From the NCBI GenBank assembly GCA_017445025.1, contig JAFSVJ010000084.1, positions 980-64,979 on the forward strand: a stretch of 64,000 nucleotides of DNA, in the 5' to 3' direction. The notes under the pieces are model-generated. The model was not told where the DNA came from and ran no database searches. It saw only the letters and a program-made list of their open reading frames with translations. The DNA comes from Abditibacteriota bacterium (GTDB taxonomy: Bacteria > Armatimonadota > UBA5829). How positions within the stretch are numbered: position 1 is the first letter of the stretch; the number at the start of each line of letters is the position of its first letter. The position numbers were made by a program, and so were the translations under genes. This document shows positions 61,514 through 64,000 of this stretch, in pieces.

Positions 61514-62515
61514 TCAAGCCTTAGGTATTATAATCTCCGGGTCGATTACTATATTTTTCTCTAAAGTCCATTTTTGATTAATATTATCCACAGACATATC
61601 AAACAAAGCCTTGGTTATCTTACTATAATCCACTCTAAGCTCGATATAATCGTATTCCAAATTTAGATTCATATCACCCGAAGTGTAAATAATGAATTTA
61701 CTATCTTTTATATATTCATTATATTTTTTAAGATAATATTTAGCTGAAACAAATAAATTATAATTCATAAAAACTATGGCATCAGGAGGCTCTGTAATGG
61801 ATTCAAAGCCTTTAGTTAAAACTTTATTGGATTCCTTTTTTTCTCGGATAATATTTTGGAAAAAATAATAATAGTTTTCTTTCATATAATTACTGTAGAA
61901 TTTATCTATTGTTGAACCGTAATTGTTAAACTCATTCACAAAATCAAAAACTATCACTTTTTCAAATTTATTCTCTTCTAATATTTTTATAAGTTGCCTA
62001 TGCCTTAATATTTCGTTAATACTGACTTTTGCATAAGGGGACAACTCATTTCCAAACTCAACTATGGGAATATGTTTCTCTCTTGCTATGTCAATAAGTT
62101 TACAATTCCACTGATATAGATTAATAATACAAGCAATTTCATTTATGTTTACAGGACACTTATCTTTAATATCTTCATAAAATACGGGAATCCATTGTGT
62201 ATCTGAAAAAAGTTTATATAGGCCGGAAGATATGACAAAATTACGAATTCCAACTAATAAAGGGTCATAAAAAAATTGTTCATCTAATATAATTACAACA
62301 TATCTTTTAAAAGATTTGAGGTAAGTTCCGCTGCCATGACGTCTTTCAATAATATTATCCCTTTCAAGCTCAGAGAAAGCATTTCTGACAGTCAAAACGG
62401 AAACAGAAAGCTCCTTGGCAAGATCAGCCTCGCTCTGTATCCTCTTGTCCGGGTCAAAATCATTGGTCTTTATTAAATTTTTAATATATTCAATAACTTT
62501 CTCTTTCTTTGTCAT
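61514..62515 (-). CDS. GntR-family transcriptional regulator (probably AraR-like, with a LacI-type sensor domain)
   Basis: SE.DLAKELSVS.LTVRNA...L.....I.RRHGSGTY; C-terminal PDAIV and periplasmic-binding-like size. Confidence 0.85.
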   Translation of the reverse strand: MTKKEKVIEYIKNLIKTNDFDPDKRIQSEADLAKELSVSVLTVRNAFSELERDNIIERRHGSGTYLKSFKRYVVIILDEQFFYDPLLVGIRNFVISSGLYKLFSDTQWIPVFYEDIKDKCPVNINEIACIINLYQWNCKLIDIAREKHIPIVEFGNELSPYAKVSINEILRHRQLIKILEENKFEKVIVFDFVNEFNNYGSTIDKFYSNYMKENYYYFFQNIIREKKESNKVLTKGFESITEPPDAIVFMNYNLFVSAKYYLKKYNEYIKDSKFIIYTSGDMNLNLEYDYIELRVDYSKITKALFDMSVDNINQKWTLEKNIVIDPEIIIPKA

Positions 62516-62529
62516 AATTAATATCACTT

Positions 62530-62744
62530 AAAACAAAATTCCAACTCCCCTAAAAATATCTAATTTTTTGCTTAACGAAATAACTTTTGTCTTACCAACC
62601 CTGACGCTCATTCGTCTTGAAACAAAATACCTACGGACTTTGTCCTTGCTCTTTTGCCCCAATACTCATTCGCTACGGGCGGTGACGACAATGCATTATT
62701 TCTTACAAAAAATTGATCTTTTTGGTGATTTGGGATTTTGTTTT
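62530..62744 (-). mobile_element. MITE-like TIR element, copy 3
   Basis: Ends AAAACAAAATTCCAACTCCCC / GGTGATTTGGGATTTTGTTTT; reverse-complement homolog of 32729-32942. Confidence 0.8.
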
Positions 62745-62845
62745 GGCAAGATCAGCCTCGCTCTGTATCCTCTTGTCCGGGTCAAAATCATTGGTCTTTA
62801 TTAAATTTTTAATATATTCAATAACTTTCTCTTTTTTAGTCATAA
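62743..62845 (-). pseudogene. Duplicated 5' fragment of the GntR gene (MTKKEK...ADLAK)
   Basis: 103-bp direct repeat of 62415-62517 with two synonymous differences. Confidence 0.88.
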
Positions 62846-63070
62846 CAATTTACCAATAAATATTATATCATATATAACCAATAATTACAAAATTTTAAGT
62901 CATTATATTGACTTTTTTATAATTTTAAGACTTTCTATATTGATTTTAAGGCCCTATTTATGATATAATTATTTGTGGAAGTAATAGATTTCTTGTCACA
63001 CCATCCCTACCATTCTTATATTTGTTGACAGAATTTATTAAGCTCTGTAAAGGCAATAAAGGAAAACTTA

Positions 63071-64000
63071 ATGACTTTTTTCTATAGCACCCTACCCAAA
63101 CAGATTAAAGACAATCTCAGATTAGACATTCTCTCGGGAGTATTCTTAGGTATATACACAGGTCTGGCAGCTCCTCTTTTCACTATTGTGGCAAGAAGAG
63201 AATTTCACGCATCTCCTTTTTGGTTATCTATGATGATTTTAGCCACCAGTATAGGAGGAATATTCAGCTTTCTGTTTTCTTCCATAGTAAAAGACGGACA
63301 GGAGCTTAAGTATTACTCTGTAGCCAATGGTATAATCAGAGCTTTATATTTATTGTTTTTCTTTATAAACAACGGCACTTTGTTCTGTCTTAATTATATA
63401 GCTATAGGTTTTCTCTCCGGCGTTATATGCACTCAATATAATATAATAATTCAAAAAGTTTACCCCAAAGATGCAAGGGGTAAACTTATGAGTTATACCA
63501 GAATTATACAAAATATCTTTATTCTTTTAGCAACCCTCTTGGGAACTATCATAGCAGACAGAGAAATATTTGGAATGGAAGGTTGGAGATTTATCTTCGG
63601 CTCTTCCGGTGTAATACTCCTAATCTGTAACGGTTTTTTTGCCAAATTAAAATACATCACAAACGATGCAGGTAAACAAGAAAATGTTTTAGGCTATCTA
63701 AAAAACTTTGTGGATATTTGTTTACATGATAAAAAAGCAAATATAGTTTGTATAGGAATGCTTTTGTTTATGTTTGCCAATAATACAACAATGATTTGTA
63801 TTCCTATGTTTCAAAGTGATGTTTTGGGAATAAAAAACGGAACAGTCTCCGCCTTTGCTTTTATAACCACTATCTTCACTATTATAACCCTTCCCTATTG
63901 GGGGAAATATTTAGATAAAAAAGATCCTATAATTATGTATGCCCTAATCCAAGGTATTTGGATGATTACCAATCTGTTTTATTATTTTTGTCCACTCCAT
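63071..64000 (+). CDS. MFS transporter, 3'-truncated by the window edge
   Basis: Open frame MTFFYSTLPK.. with successive TM helices, YP...RGK..S, GWR.IF and WGKYLDK motifs. Confidence 0.8.
   Translation, partial: MTFFYSTLPKQIKDNLRLDILSGVFLGIYTGLAAPLFTIVARREFHASPFWLSMMILATSIGGIFSFLFSSIVKDGQELKYYSVANGIIRALYLLFFFINNGTLFCLNYIAIGFLSGVICTQYNIIIQKVYPKDARGKLMSYTRIIQNIFILLATLLGTIIADREIFGMEGWRFIFGSSGVILLICNGFFAKLKYITNDAGKQENVLGYLKNFVDICLHDKKANIVCIGMLLFMFANNTTMICIPMFQSDVLGIKNGTVSAFAFITTIFTIITLPYWGKYLDKKDPIIMYALIQGIWMITNLFYYFCPLH

Overview
Low-GC bacterial chromosome segment. DUF1559/H-X9-DG prepilin genes, an AraR-type GntR regulator and a TamB-like gene suggest a diderm Armatimonadota/Abditibacteriota-like host (inference). 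It carries housekeeping genes (lysS, malic enzyme, argG/argF, pckG, and a detached spc block fusA-paralog-rpsN-rpsH-rplF-rplR-rpsE-rpmD-rplO-secY-adk-map), a glycosyltransferase/O-antigen cluster, a uronic-acid nucleotide-sugar operon, two glycoside hydrolases and a low-GC LRR/DUF1413 patch. The best candidate for a new system is at 7.9-11.9 kb. A ~1.6-kb segment holds a tyrosine recombinase, tandem operator-linked promoters, the RBS and the first 14 codons of a prepilin. It is bounded by 19-bp inverted sites inside two divergently oriented DUF1559 prepilin cassettes. One cassette is complete and the other is headless, and each has its own small Pro-rich partner gene. This reads as an invertible pilin phase-variation switch. 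A second signal is a ~215-bp TIR element found three times, each time between 70-103-bp direct duplications of a neighbouring gene end. Intergenic spaces hold nested modular hairpin repeats and heptamer arrays. All protein calls come from motif recognition by eye; no database searches were run.
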